DNA of 64,000 bases from Tubulanus polymorphus. Lineage: Eukaryota; Animalia; Nemertea. The DNA lies in assembly GCF_964204645.1 (NCBI RefSeq), contig NC_134027.1:868001-932000 (forward strand), given 5' to 3'. Below, piece after piece: positions 63,642-64,000 of this stretch. The notes under the pieces were generated by a model. It saw nothing but the letters and a program-made list of their open reading frames with translations. It was not told where the DNA came from and did not search any database. The position numbers and the translations under genes are program-made. Position 1 is the stretch's first letter. The number at the start of each line of letters is the position of its first letter.

Positions 63642-64000
63642 TCAGAGGACCACGTTCATTCTTGAGAGGAGTACGTTCACTCTCGAGAGGAGTACGTTCA
63701 TTCTCCAGAGGAGTACGTTCATTCTCGAGAGGAGTGCGTTCATTCTCGAGAGGAGTACGTTCACTCTCCAGAGGAGTACGTTCATTCTCCAGAGGAGTGC
63801 GTTCATTCTCGAGAGGAGTGCGTTCATTCTCGAGAGGAGTACGTTCATTCTTGAGAGGAGTGCGTTCATTCTCGAGAGGAGTACGTTCACTCTCCAGAGG
63901 AGTACGTTCATTCTCCAGAGGAGTGCGTTCATTCTCGAGAGGAGTACATTCACTCTCGAGAGGAGTACGTTCATTCTTGAGAGGAGTACGTTCACTCTCG
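63642..64000. repeat. 21-bp minisatellite running off the window end
   Basis: Unit gagaggagt(a/g)cgttca(t/c)tctc, at least 17 copies. Confidence 0.96.

Noticed and set aside
63642-63995. 117-aa ORF of MNVLLSR repeats
   Set aside because: It is the translation of a 21-bp minisatellite, with no splice or start context.

Overview
AT-rich metazoan (invertebrate-like) genomic DNA with GT-AG spliceosomal introns; it is not prokaryotic and has no CRISPR array. Hand splicing with phase checks gives four protein-coding genes. (1) A Cys-rich, probably GPI-anchored surface protein (+, ~6479-7599). (2) An 11-exon SLC6/NSS Na+-dependent transporter of the prokaryote-like subgroup (-, 9033-14291). (3) A 5-exon secreted trypsin-like S1 protease with Arg instead of Gly at chymotrypsin position 193 (+, 15827-18577). 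(4) A ~26-exon, ~32-kb TASOR (HUSH-complex scaffold) orthologue with pseudo-PARP/DUF3715, SPOC and C-terminal PIN-like domains (-, 24272-56347). This TASOR is about twice the size of the vertebrate protein and has a 4.4-kb exon with an Arg/Ser/Tyr-rich block, a read-through alternative last exon, and a dual-frame exon that appears to decide whether the PIN domain is made. Also present: two identical tRNA-Gly(TCC) genes, several MITE families, Penelope-type minimal hammerhead motifs and many tandem arrays. All homology calls come from remembered motifs, not database searches.
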